A stretch of 64,000 nt of DNA, taken from the NCBI GenBank assembly GCA_024679065.1, contig JAGIQG010000014.1:7440001-7504000 (forward strand), written 5' to 3'. Numbering within the stretch: position 1 is the stretch's first letter; each line of letters begins with the position of its first letter. Source of the stretch: Sphyrna mokarran. Its lineage: Eukaryota. Shown piece by piece: positions 25,900 through 39,759 of the stretch. A model generated the notes under the pieces. That model was not told the origin of the DNA. It did no database searches and saw only the letters and a program-made list of their open reading frames with translations. The position numbers and the translations under genes are program-made.

Positions 25900-26825
25900 T
25901 TAACGCAGCGGCAACTGTGATCCTGAAACGAGGGAAATGTGGCCTCTCCAAATGCATCACTCAGTACTTAATGGCAATGACTTCAGCAGATCTACTACTC
26001 GTCGTTTCTGATGTTATATTGAATCGACTTGGTAATATGTATTTCCCTGTCAGTTTCTTATCTATTATTCCAGTGTGTGCGCTGAAAGCAGCTTTATTCC
26101 TTTCAGCAACGAATTGTTCCGTTTGGTTCACAGTGGTTTTTACCTTTGATCGGTTTATAGCCATTTCTTGCCAGGCACTGAAACAAAAATATTGCACCAA
26201 GAGAACTGCAGTTGTGGTTGTCATAACAGTGAGCATTTTCAGCTGTGTGAGTTGCATTCCCTGGTACCTTGTCTTTAAACCTTCAGTAATTATTGACAAT
26301 GTACCATGGTATTGCATTGGGAAAAATCTCTATTATGCCTCAACATTTTATATGGTGTATGAGCAGATTGACATTGTATTAACACCATTGCTTCCATTTG
26401 CTCTGATTTTGGCTTTCAACACGCTCACTGCTAAGAATATTATAATTGCCACTAAGCTGCGGAGGAGCCTCAGGGGACAAGGTAAAGTAGAGAATCATAT
26501 TGACCCAGAAGTGGAGAGCCGAAGGAAATCCATTATATTACTTTTGCATTACCTGCCAATTTTATCCTGTTGTGGGTTCCATATATTCTGCACTCCTTAA
26601 GCTGGAAATTGTAAACTACCATTACATTGACAAAAGCTTTACTAACCCTGAATATGTCGCTCAGCAATGTGGATACATGCTGCAGATTCTGAGTTCATGC
26701 ACCAAATCTGCATTTATGCACTAACCCAGAGGAAATTCAGAGTGGAGTTAAAGAACGGGGTTAAATATCCAATTAATCTAATTTCAAAATTATTCGCAGA
26801 ACACAGTAAAACAGAACTCCGATAA
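25900..26825 (+). pseudogene. GPR139-like GPCR gene 2, exon 2; frameshifted (probable pseudogene, or assembly indel errors)
   Basis: Acceptor ttgttacag|TT AAC. Open through TM5 and ICL3. Alignment to gene 3 shows 1-bp deletions at ~26542-26545 (T run), ~26606-26608 (A run) and ~26704-26706. The restored frame ends at TAA 26823-26825. Confidence 0.8.
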
Positions 26826-27124
26826 AAGGTTGTAACGTGACAGATCGCTCCCTTTCAAACTGTAGCAGGACTGCCACTTTTCTGTTGTTGCGATAAAGTA
26901 TATTATATTACACTTGTGACAATGGTAAATTATTTTCATTCACATCTTGCAAAGTCGTGCAATCTTAATAGTCATTAACAATGCTCCCGTCTGAAATGAC
27001 ACTTCTGCATTTTCTCGCTCAGTGAGATTTCAATAGCCAGGTCATTCCTACATATAATTACATGGCGAGAGCACATATGCCAGAATCACCTCGTCTGGAC
27101 TCTGCATCTGCGGATTCAGCCAAC

Positions 27125-27445
27125 GGACACAGCGGCATTTTGGTTTGCTCTATTGATTCAGAGTAATAGGTTGTCAGCTTCGATTCCGGCCTTGGGTCAT
27201 TGCCTACCTGCTCATGTCAACGTGGGTTTCCTTCGGGTTCTCAGGTTTCATCTGACAGTGACAAAGATGTGCACACTAGGTGCATTGACCATGTTAAACT
27301 GTACCCGAGTATTCAACTGCAGGTTAGCTGATCAGTCATAGTAAATACACAGGGTTATGGTGGCAGTGCATGAAGATGAGTTTGGATAAAATTCTCTTTC
27401 TGAAAGACAGTACATACTTCATGGGCTAGATGAATCCTAATATAG
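27125..27445 (+). mobile_element. V-SINE, degraded (empty site for the LTR found in copy B)
   Basis: ttcgattccggccttgggtc...gtgggtttccttcgggttctcaggtttc... Confidence 0.7.
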
Positions 27446-30400
27446 AATGATGCTATATGTGTAGCTCTTCTCTTCTTTAGCTGCAACAAGGCCACATCAG
27501 TATAATTTAGGAAACAGATAGAGTCGGGGTCCTGGATTTATACCTGCATCACCTTTCTCAACGTGGCCTTTCTTTGGGATGTCGAGCTATTTGTGTGATA
27601 TTGAATGCTGGATCATATCTATTTTACTCGACTGCAACATTTAATTGGAAGCGACTTTCAAAACCCTTGCTTGCCGTGGATTCCATATTTTCTATGTTGA
27701 CTGCTGTATGCGGCAAATGATTGTTTATAATTTTTCATCTGGAATGCAACCTCGTTGACATCCCGTTTTCTTATCCTCCTCGTTACACAGGCAATCATAT
27801 TTCTCCTCTCTATTCTAACGTGCTTCCTTGTCATTCCATGTGTGGCTTGGTATCCCATTCCCTCAATGTCTTCAATAACTTCTGTGTTTATTATACAAAA
27901 TGTTGCAGGCTACTCCTGTCCGACAGTATGTACAGGAATTTGCTGTTCTTTTCAGTGCAGTTGTTCACCCTTGGCCATTGACTCAGGCCAGTTAACCATT
28001 GTTGTGGACGCATTCAGGGAGGCCCAAACTACATCTGGTTCACTCCCTACCTATACAGTTTCCTTTAAAGTTCTTTCACAAATATCACATTTGCAAACCA
28101 GTTTTATATTTATATTGATTTTTTTTTCTTTGGCTTGACATTCATCTTTGATGTAACATGTATTTATAAAGGTTAGGAAATTCTGGGATGTCTATTTTGC
28201 ACTTTGAAAATTATCCTGTAATGTATCGCAACAAAGAAAATACTGTGAATGCTGAAAATCTATAATTTATATAACAAGTGTTGTAAACACTCATTAGGTC
28301 ACGCAGCATCTGTGGAGAATGAGACAGAGTTAACGTCTGGGTTCCCATGGAACACTTCTGCAGCACTAAAATCGAGTGATAAATATGTTGCATTGTATAG
28401 TGCGCAGAGGGGGGAAGCAGCTGGGGAATAATAAAAGATCAACGATTAGTGAGAATGAAGAGAGCTTATAATAAAAAAAAGGCAAATGTTAAAGTTGTAT
28501 TGATGGAAACAGCGAGGGCTATGGAATATGCAAATCCTACCTCAAATGTGTGACAACAGAAATGCTTTCAGTGCTCAGTGAAAGAGTTTGACACATGGCC
28601 AAGAAAGGGTTGTTGTGACAAATAAAGTTCAGAATTATCCGCGATAGAGGGAAAACACTGCTTTATTAAATTGTTAAAATTCAATGTTGTATTCAGTTAT
28701 GGGAAGATGGGATCCCACTCATTCAGTTTGTGCTGGGTTTCACTGAAATAGCAAAATTGCTGGAGGTGAAAATGAAATGGTGTTTCAGTTGTAAAACATT
28801 GTTGGATTTTGGTCAGTGAAAAAAAATGGACATAAAGGGACAGAAGTTGCATCTTCGCTAACGGCCTGACAAGGTAGCCTAGGGAAAATTTGTGGGCTTA
28901 GGTTGAAGGAGAAATAAGTGTGACTGAAGGAATCGCCCCTGCAAAATAATTTCATAGACTGATGGGAGTTGTGAGGGGAATGAATGTTTAACTCTGGCAT
29001 CTCTTTGGGAGTTTGAGGAAGAGTGGAAAACGATCTTCTGATTGCGAAGGCTAATGGGTCGAAACCTGAGGAAAATGTGAGAGGCACTATCATCATCTAG
29101 TCAAGCAGCGCATAGTTTAGATTACACTGCTGGGACAGAAAGAGATGTGTTTCATTAGTTCTTTCAGATTAGCGGAAGTCCGCCTTGGCATAAATCGCTT
29201 TCTTGTTGCTATGGTATCCAAGAAACCATATTTTACCTCAGCCAGCACTGGTTAAATGCCAAGACTTGGACTAATGCCATAGGGGGACACATCACTCGAC
29301 GTCATTCCAGGTCTGAGCGGCTTAAATCAAATAAAAAGGTATCTTAAGATATTCTTTCACACCGGTATATTTTGAATATGTTTGTTTGCATCCATTCGTT
29401 TCTTAATGCAAGTTAAACCATTTTATTTCAAAATGTCGAATCTTGTGTTCTCCGTTAAAGTTACTGATATATTGAGTGAAAGTAAAAATAAATCGCATGT
29501 GTCTGCCTAAGAATCTTAATTCGTACAATTTAATTTTAAATAAATCGGCTTATTTCAAAATCGTTCATTTATATAAAACATACACCTCATAGTTCAATTT
29601 TCTTTCAAATCCTTGCACATATGAGCAACTGTTCATAACCATTATGCAGGGTAGATTTGATTGTAAATTTCTCTTTATCCTATCTGATAATGTTGCGAAT
29701 ATTTGTTGGCCCCTTCCACAATTTCAATGAATATATGGTTGATGCAAAGCTGTTCAATTAATTCTAGAGTAAGACAAAGTGCCCGATTCCATCCTGTGTT
29801 GTCCTTGTGTTCCAAAGACACACCCCTCAGCAGGGTCCATTTAGAAGGTTTGGCGAATTAGTGGACTGACAATCGCAAACAATGGATGTTCAAAACTATT
29901 GTGCACATGCTTAACGTAACCTCATTTACATGGATGCGCAATCTGACAAGCATTTGTAACCAACTCAAACAGCCTTCAAGAGCCAATCTAAATCAGGAAA
30001 AAAAAAAGTAGTAGGGGTCACATTCTTTGGGACCCTGTTCAACAGCTCGTGTGTCCGCCTCATCACCGAGTAAGAATGCATGAAGATACTATGCAGGAAT
30101 TCACAGCCTCATCTGGACACATTGTGCATAAAATTCTCTCTCAGTTTGCACTATGAAATATTTTCTCACCTTTGCTCCTCCGTTGCAGAGTTTCGTTTTT
30201 GTACAACATTCCCCTCCCCGAATCCAACCGTTTGAAATCTGTCAGATCCAGTCATTAGCGAGGAAAAACCATCGTTTGAACCGTCCACTCAGTTGTCTCC
30301 ACAGAATTCACAAGCTCTGCCAAGCATTTCCAACGTCATGACAATGTTGACTTCATGCTCTATCTTAAAGCATAGTATATTGTCATGAGTTTCAAGGTTT

Positions 30401-31826
30401 AGCTAATTAAACTGGATTGTGGTACATATCATTCCAAGATGAGATGAGCCGTGGGGCCACTTTCGGAATTGTGTGTTTTTATTATCATTCAGGAATTTCC
30501 TTACTACTGGGCGGGAAGATTAGAACATGACTTAAGAAATGAAGATGATCGATGATTCACTCAGGGCAAATGCTGAATGTTCAGTACCAACTATTTGGCT
30601 AATGCAGCAAAGCTACATTTGTTCAGCTGTGCGAGCGGGTGGTTAAAGTGTTGTACATGTGACTCGGTGTGAGCATTCAAATATTATTCGAAGCATCCAT
30701 AACTGGAATAATTCTCTTCTTTTATCAGCTTTCTGTCACGAAATTCATTCATTAATCCACTGTTCCAACGCTTAGGAGAAAAAAATAAAATGCTAAAAAA
30801 GTTGGTTACTGGCTGTTTGTTAGAAACACACTAACTTTTTAACAAAAGAATGAAAATTAAACTTAGAAAACTCAGAGCAAGAGTCATACAGACTCAAAAC
30901 ATTAACTCTGTTTCTCGCTTGACAGATATCCCCAAGCTTATTGAGATTTCTTTCGTCAGCATTTCTAGATTTTTTGAAGATTTCCAGCATCAGTTCCCCC
31001 CCCCACCCCCATTCCCACTAATGAAAATTAAAATTTACTCTGGAATTGCAAAAGATAAATTTTAATGTTTGCAGCGATAACTGTGACCAAGGATTAAGTG
31101 ATTTATGTTGTTCCATGTTAGTCAGAGAAAAAAAAATGATGGGGTGGCGGGGCGGACTGGCGAACATTAACGGTGATATCTTCCTGAGGACGCAATTGAA
31201 TCCCTCCAACGTGCTCTGCCGTTCAACACGATAATCGTTGATCCCATCTTGGTCTCAACTCCAATTGCTTTGTGTGGCAACTTATCAAAAGACATCTGGA
31301 AGACCAGATTATGCAACAACTACAGTATCTCCAAAACCCAATTAGGTTATTAGTTCTTCGAAGAACTGTGGCAAATTAGATTTACCCTTCTTAAACAATT
31401 CTGACTATGGTGGATTGCGTTTTGACTTTCCAAATTTTGTCTATTGCTTCCTTCATAATGAATTCTAATAATTTCTCATCAACATATGTTGAACGAAATT
31501 CTATGATCTCTCTACGATCTTCCCTCTTTGAATAAAGGTGTTTTTTTTGATCACTGAAATCGTTTTTGCACATCGAGAGAAATTTGGAGTATAATAAATG
31601 AATCCAAAATTTGTGTTGACACTTTCTTCAAGACACTTGTCTATTGGCCATCAGCTTCGTTAACTTGTCTGCCTTCAAGGCGAACTGTATGCTCACCATT
31701 TGTTCCCTATTGATGATATTTGTTTCAAGTCTCTTCCTCTCCATTACCTCTATAGTTATTGAGATGATACTTAAGTCCACCGCGATGAAACATACAGCAA
31801 CTCACTGATTAGCTCCTTTAAGATTT

Positions 31827-31898
31827 CTGTGTTCCCCACTATGACTGTGAATAGACTGTGTTCCCCACTATGACTGTGAATACACTGTGTTCCCCACA
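31827..31898 (+). repeat. 29-bp tandem repeat, ~2.5 copies
   Basis: Unit ctgtgttccccactatgactgtgaata(g/c)a. Confidence 0.9.
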
Positions 31899-34800
31899 GT
31901 CTATTCTCTAAAGATCGAACATTCAATTTAGCTGCTCTCTTTGCTTTTATACACATTAAACTCTTATGAATTGGGTGATCGCAGGACGCTGATCAGAGAG
32001 AAGTGAGTACCAATGGACAAATATCTCGTCATGCGACACGCAAACCTGGAATTATGTTACTTGTCAGATAGCGCTGACAGCAACCACCTACCAGAGATTC
32101 ACCAAAAAATATACTAGGACCTTGGACTAGTTGTTTCGTTTGTAATTTGTTTCAGCAAAATTATAGAGGATGGCTAACATCATTAGTAGCTGGAAATAGA
32201 CACCCTGGAATAGATCATATGGTATGAATAAATGAATCTGATAAGAATACCAAGAGAAATTTGATTTAATTGATGATAGTTCGAAATATTTAGTAGGTCC
32301 TGTTTGGAGTGAGGAAATTGGGAGTGGGTATCTGCCATATATGAATAATCATAAAATTCGATTGAACAACGTGACGTGGCTGACACGAGACATGAAGCAT
32401 TGTACTTTGAAATCATTCACTTTGCATTGGTACTCAAAACTTTGGTCCCAGTTCATACCAACATAATGCAGCTGCATATAAAATTGGCATTCGTAACGGT
32501 GTTAATCAAGCAACTTTTTATACCATGCATTATTCTCTTTACTTTCAGCTTGAAACAAATCATGAACAGAACCATTCTTTGCACAAACAGTGTCAGGTAA
32601 TAGGAGTATAGGTTAAGTTGTTTGTAAATTAAGGATGCACTAATGCCAGATGGCAGACATTATAGTAAAATTAGACGTCTTTGTTTTGTATTGTGGCAGC
32701 AATATGTATTCAGTTTTAATAAAGCCAGATGGGATTCTGAAACTACCTGGGCAGCTAAGTGACAACAGCAATGAGCAGAATAAAGTTGTACCGAAGGTAA
32801 TGAGTAACAACAATGAAAAGAAAATAAAATTATGCACTTTTGGAGCAAAAGTCAAAATGTACATTGGGGAAAGCTCAATTAGGTCATATTATGCATCAAA
32901 TTATAATATGTGGGTGATAAGTTTGCATAGGAGGGGGAAAAATATCTCCTTGTCTTAGGAACCTATTACATTGAAAGGATAAATTTTCCGTCAACTCATC
33001 AACTGATTATGTTGATAGATTTAAAACGCACTTAAGACAGGACAAATACGGAAGCAGTTTGGTTGCTGAGTGCAATGCACTAGAATTATAGCAAAGCCAT
33101 GGAGGTAATGGTGAAAGGGTTAATAATAGTGTTGCACCGAGTTGCCTGAGTCCGTTTTGGGGCCTCACTGAGGTTCGGCAATGAACAACCAAACAATCTC
33201 ATTAATCTGCTCTTTCCACAAGTGTTCCCAAAATTGACACATGTGTTACCATGGCTTTGGCACTTTCGTTGTCAAGTGGTTTAATAATCTTCTGCCGTTG
33301 GAGGCTGCTGGGGCCCCTTGGTGAACGACGTCCAGTCACTCCATTCCTGGTTCTTCTTCCTGGATTCACTGATTCGTTCATTCAGCGTGGCCGTAGCATC
33401 GAAACCTGTAAGCAAACCGTTTTCATATCGAGTTTCATTTCTGCCCCATCCGTTGGACACTTCGTGCATGCACACTGAAAGCAAATCATATTTGTTTAAA
33501 TATATTTCTTCTCTGCACGCATTGCACGGCAACGTAGTCTGCTTAATAACCTTCCCTGGGTGAATGTAATTTCAACAACATTCAAGGAGCTCTGCACGAT
33601 CCAAGACAAAGGAGCTGCTTGTCAAACACTCACCGACTCTCTTATACGTTCACTCTCTTGACCATCTATACACATGACCTACAGTGTGGATAGTATATTA
33701 TGGGTTCGTTACATTAAGCCTCCTTGAAAATCATCTTCAAAACCCCCAAACTCGATCAAATAAAATGAGACCATCAAGTTAATCTGAAAACCTGCATGTT
33801 CACCTCCAAGCCACACAATACACTGACCGAAAAGTATGCCAGCGATCCATCACGATTGCCTGATAGAATTCCTACAACTCCTTCCCTAGTAACTCCAAGA
33901 GTGTTTGTGAAACACAGGGACAGCATAGATTCAAAAATGTAGAATACCACCAACTTCTCAAGGATGGATAATTTAAATGTTGGCGCAAACAGCGCTGCCC
34001 AAGTACCCTGAGCAAACATTCAATACTTTGGCTTTTGGGCTTCAGTTATAATAATTCATTATAGATGAGATGGACTAAACGACACATTGTTATGATGAGT
34101 GATCGATGAACTACAGTAATGGTTATGGATAGAAGTGTTCAAGGCGGAGTTAACACAAATTCTGCCTTTTTTGGAAAATATTGTAAACATCATGCTTGGA
34201 GGGCTGAATGGAAAGTTGCAGCAAGCTGCAAACATTTAGTGGCGGAATTTCACTGGATCAGCGGACTAGATGCATCGAAGACATTTCTGTGTATACCAGA
34301 CATGTGCTGAAAGACAGACTGAGAAGTAGGATCAAATGCATTGAGGGTAACGGTACTTCGTCATACATTTAAACTTAACGGAGCATCCAGGTAATTGTAA
34401 TAGATGAGTCAAAATTATCACAATGGATATAATTTTTAGAGGGACTGATGGAACACAGTGGGAAGATGGACTCGATTAACGGAATGTAATGGGTTGGAAT
34501 TGTTAACGAATATAACTATGACTAGCTGGGCGATATTAGCTAGTTATATCTGCTGAATGGAATGACACTTGTTGCCGGGAAGATGAACTGAACAGAAAAT
34601 TGTGAATAGGTGATACAGCGAGATATGGATATAATAAATGTTTTGTATGGAAAGCCGAAGGTAATGTTGTCGTTAAGTGACATGACTGGATGAAGAGAGT
34701 AACTTGGCAAGACTGTATGTACTGCACTATTCACTATTGCTATCATTGTACTATTAATGTGTTATTGACTGTAGGGAATATTGTGGCTGGCTGGTACGAA

Positions 34801-35847
34801 TGGGTGAAGGAGTACCTTGAAAAGGTGAACACGACAGGCTTACTTTAAGATGGTAAGATGAAATGCCATGCTGAAGGGAATGTTTGAACAGGTGATACAA
34901 CAGTTTGAAGTGAAAATAGTATATCTAGATGCAAGAGTGATATTCACCTGCCTGAAAAAACACTGGAGCTCTGTCACCAGTTGTGATACTGTCTTAAATC
35001 TTATCCCAAGGCAAACTGGCCTAACTAATTTTGCGAAGTCTGGATGTTGACTTGCTCACACTCTAATTTTGAAACCTTTCACCAACGTTAATGAGTTATA
35101 ATCATTTTCAGAAAGCAGGAATCAGTTTCCGTACCATTTGTGTCAAAGTTCTTCTGTTAAGTTGTTGAGCGTGATGTGCACGGATCTCCTACCCAAAGGC
35201 GGCATGACGAGTGGTCGCTGCTATTCTGTTAAAATCGAAATGTTAAAATATTTGTGCTGTTCCTAAAGTACATCAGGCGGCTGTTCTGTGGGGAAGGAGT
35301 CCGAGCACTCAAGAATTCCACTGTGACCGGGTAGCATTTATTGTTTCTTCTTAAGTTGTTGGATCTACTGAAACCCCAATGTTCCAAACATCGTGTAAAA
35401 AATATTTCAAGAGATTTGTCCTGAATAGTACAGCAATTATGATAGATCTTCATATCAGAATGATATTAATATAAGATTCCATTTCATTTCAAAAGCTCAA
35501 ACTATAAATGAATTACTAAATGTTCAAATATCAATGTAGAGTGCTGTTTCATTGAATAGGTTCTTAATCCTGTTCTTATTCACTCGATGGTACACCTTTC
35601 GCAATACTTATGTTGCTACCAACACATTTATTTTATTCCTTTAAATAATTGTGAAAGAACATCATTATCTTTAACTTCGTCTTTTCTCCCTAGGCTGTTT
35701 GTTAAATCACTGTAACAAATCCTTTTAAATTATGCAACCAGAGAAATACTCTCAACGGGGCGTTCGTTCTCATTTTACTATTGGCTCATTCGAACCCGCA
35801 TTGATATTTAATCAGTTGGAGACACCATTACCCTTACCTCACAGATA

Positions 35848-35917
35848 ATGGGATACTCACTGATATTTCGGGTAGAATGCGTCTACTACCCTGTTCTCGC
35901 AGCTATTGGCATTATTG
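35848..35917 (+). CDS. GPR139-like GPCR gene 3, coding exon 1 (MGYSLIFRVECVYYPVLAAIGII + G)
   Basis: 70-nt exon ending ATTG|GTAAGG (phase 1). Matches the N-terminus/TM1 of the other paralogs. Confidence 0.9.
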
Positions 35918-36479
35918 GTAAGGCTTTGAATCCTGTTGCAATGTTGTTAACTCATGATGATTTCTTATTTACGCTTGCTCCCTGCCTTGTACTTCGATAT
36001 TTTTCTGTTTTTTTTCGGAGTGATAAAGATGTTATTACTTGCTACCGTTTTAGACAGGAGTAATTTTACTGCTGGCTATAGGAGGATTATTTTATTTTCT
36101 TCAGTGCTCAACAAGAGTCATTTTTTAAAGAACCTTCCGCTTCATTTTCACCTAAAGAGCAAATGTGAGGATCAGTATTTAAATATCGGTGGATGATTTA
36201 ATTCCCCTGTCCTATGGGCAGATTTTACGACCATTGTTGCGAATGCGAATAAATGGCAGATATTGTTTGCAACAGAAAACTGACACGAGATTACTCATGT
36301 TATGCTATTTTTTGATGATTCTCTCCTCACCATTTAACACCACAGTAAATATGTATTTTTATTTTTTTTTCCTAAATAGAGGAAAGACTAGTCTATAGTA
36401 AATTGCGTAAATAAGGTTGCTCAAGTATATATAGAATTGCAGATTCATATAATCCTTACAGTAGGGATCATATCAGTAA

Positions 36480-36783
36480 TCTCAGTAGAGAAGGAGGACA
36501 TTGAGCACATTGACGCTGCACCGACGGCAATCCCACCCAGGTCCACTCTGTGACCCCACATATTTACTATGCTAATCCTATGGCACTAGAATCAATTTAA
36601 CATGGCTAATCACATTGTTTTGCGTTCTTTGGTCTGTGGGAGGAAACTGGAGCACCCGGAGGAAACCCACGCAGACACGGAAAGAATGTGCAAACTCCAC
36701 ACAGGCAGTATCCGAGACTGGATTTAATACCGGATCCCTGGCGCTGTGAGGCCGCAATATGAACCATAGTACCACTTTACCCC
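36480..36783 (-). mobile_element. V-SINE in the gene 3 intron (duplicated copy)
   Basis: Orthologous to 20420-20731. Confidence 0.85.
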
Positions 36784-36897
36784 ACTTCAGTATATGTTTT
36801 ACGCGTTAACGGCAGAAAAATTCAGTGGGCATTGTACAACAGGTCATAATATATAAACACTCAAGATAACAACTAATACCCACAAGTCAACTAAAAG

Positions 36898-36965
36898 GAA
36901 CAAAAAACAACGAACAAAACAGCCCGCGAAATAGGCACTTCGGCCCAACGAGCCCGAAGGCCTGT
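36898..36965 (-). mobile_element. ~65-bp 3' end of the (TTCTTTG)n-tailed CR1 family, specific to copy B
   Basis: gaacaaaaaacaacgaacaaaacagcccgcgaaataggcacttcggcccaacgagccc is absent at the matching site in copy A (~20850). Confidence 0.8.
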
Positions 36966-37865
36966 AGTCAGCTGCAATGCACTTTGAAAACGTTCTTCAC
37001 ATTTCAACACTGGAGAACGGATAATTAACAACACACTTCTCATTTTGAACACGATTGATCGTCTCGCTGAATTATGACTTGAATTTGGTTCATTTGTCAA
37101 GTATGTCATGATGCAAGCTTTATTATTAAATGAGTCAGCTCTACCTCAGCTGGTCACACTACCGTCTCTGTGAAACCTTTACATACTTAAATCTGACGAC
37201 AGATTTTGGTCACAGAAGTAAGGATCCACGCAACATGGCAGTGTGGAGGCAGGTTACACAAAATTCAGATTTCGACAAATTCAGCTCCTTCTACTTTGCC
37301 AATTGCGCTTTTACATCGTATCCCAACATTTCATAGAAATAAACAGCATTATCCTGGATGCTGGGGCCGAAACAGACACCCAATTAATATTAGAAGGATA
37401 TACGTTACCTTGACATTTAATATTGATATTTGCAACAGTCTGTTCTGTACAACTAAGCAGATGCATTTCCTAACATGGAGTGACAATGCTTCATTGGTGA
37501 TGAAAAATTTGTCAAGTTTTGTCGTCGTGAAAATGTTTATTTAACTAAAAATGTTCCGGTTTCTGTGTTACCAAAATTCATCAGCTTTAATTAATAGTTG
37601 GTACTGCTAGGTAGGATATAGTAGATACACTGGGTTCACAAAGAGCAATTATTGTTATAGTTAGATCTGAATTGAATAAAGCAAGTTGAAAAAATCATTT
37701 TCCTATTTGATGTCGAGACATGCGCACCACAGCCAGGCTGATAAATAATTATTATCGTTATTTAATTATCTCAGTAAATGAGTTGAATCAACTGCTTTAT
37801 TGTTGTTTGTTATCTAGTTACTTAACTGAATCGATTACTATACAAGTTCAATGCTAATTGAGAGT

Positions 37866-38215
37866 CGGCACGCTGGCACAGTTTTTAACAGGACTGACTT
37901 GCAGTTGCAGAGATCTGGGTCCGGTTCCCTGCTTGGATCACTGTCTGTATTTGCACGTTGTGTTTGCGTAGGTTTCCACGTAAAGTCCAGAGATGTGCAG
38001 TTAGGTTAATTGGCTACGCTTAATTGTCCTTTTGTGTCTCTTGGAGTGCAGGTTAGAGGTTTAGCAGGGTAAAGTTGTGGAGTTACGGGAATAAGGCTCG
38101 GCGGGGGTGTGGGGAGTGTGGAGGGGGGGGCGTTGGTGGGGGGTGGGGAAAAGATGCGGGGGCTGTTTGTGGTGCAGACTCGATGGGCTGAATGATTTCC
38201 TTCTGTATTGTAAGG
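37866..38215 (+). mobile_element. V-SINE in the gene 3 intron (duplicated copy)
   Basis: Orthologous to 21761-22110. Confidence 0.85.
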
Positions 38216-39759
38216 ATCCTATAAATCACCCAGAATAGATTACCTCCTCTTTTTTGAAAGAAAACTCGTGAATCTATCGTGCAAAATTAGACAGCAGAGT
38301 ACGTTGCCTTTTTAAGTGACTGCAGTTGTTGATTTCATGAAACCTTAAAGAAGAGAATGAAATAAATCGTCGAATAAACATGAAACACAGTTCTATGCGC
38401 CTGGTTTATCTTGTCACCTGAACGTTTTTCTTTTTTTAAGTGGAGAATCAATTCGCTTTCAGAGAGTCACGACCTAATCTGCTCTGTTCCCCATATCATG
38501 CAAGTGTTTGATACCATGGCAGAATGCTATATAAATTGAAATAGACATTTTTGATCTTCGTCATTCTTTAATATGTCTGTTCTCATCAAACAACGTCATT
38601 TGGTTACTGACACTCGAACCAGCCAAATTAAATATCGAAAAATGTTGTGATTTTAATGAGTTATTCCCAGTTTTCACTGTTCCGTCCGCCATGAAGCAGC
38701 ACCGTATTTCCCGGCACGCGAAAAAATAATGTCCACAGGTCATGATGAAGCTCCAATGCCCCTCATATTCACCCTTTGTTTGAATTCTTAAGCAATTTCC
38801 GGAATGCGAAAGTGTCCTCCAGCTCACATATAACCATTATTTAGAAGGGTTCCCTGACACATTCTTGTGTTTCTTCTCGGTCTCCATTTAAGGAAATCTA
38901 TTGTTTAGTATATTCTTGACTCGAGCTCCCATATTCAGAAATGTGTGTAAATATATCATAGTGCATCCTCAGTCTGTTTCACAATTGTATCAAAAATTAG
39001 TATAGTTTCTCAGAATGTATTTTCCAAGTTGAATCAGTATAATTTGCATATTGAGATTCATGTGCCCTGCTTTTCTAAGTTTTCTCTCTCAATTTGTGTC
39101 TCCTGTTTCTTTTGCCACATTCCTCCAGCCTAGTTAATTGGTTTCCCGCCTGTGTATATCTAAGTCAACTCATTTGTTTCTCCCAACACGTTCTGACATT
39201 TTGGGTGACATATTGTTGTGCATCCTTGCAGTTAAAAAGCTCAGAATTTACTGCTATTGCAAATTATCATCAGTTTCCATTCTGACAGCAGGAGTTAGTT
39301 TTGCTGACAAATCAACTGTGAGAGTATCATAAGCTCTCACAGTCCAAATTCCAAATTACCTTCTGCATTATAAATAATCAAACCCTATCATCTAATAATA
39401 ATGCTGAACATAAACAAATCTAATTCCAATGTATATTATATTCCCCTTGATAAGTAATAATCCTCTACACTTGAAGATGAAGTTTAATAGGTTAATGCAG
39501 TATTGAGTGGGGCGGTGGGAGAGGGGGTTGTGGGGTGGTGGGGTGCGGGGGACAAAGGAACGATTTGCTATATAACGGATGGTTGAAGATAATAAATGAC
39601 TAAACGAGATTGTGAATCAAGGCCCATAAGAGTCTTCTGCTATTTAAACATCTCAATAAGACCCATCTTACTATCTACTTACTCACTTACCTGTCTTTCA
39701 TCAATACCATTGTCCTACTTTTGGTAGCACGGTGGTACATTGATTGGAACTGCTGCCTC

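Larger units (their letters stand above)
17290..30870 (+). repeat. Segmental duplication, copy A (contains gene 2)
   Basis: Collinear similarity to ~33335-47060 from gtcact(g/c)cattcct... to ...gttggttactggctgtttgttagaaacac...agaaaac. The shared span includes non-repeat intron and flank sequence and the same SINE/LINE insertions. Confidence 0.92.
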
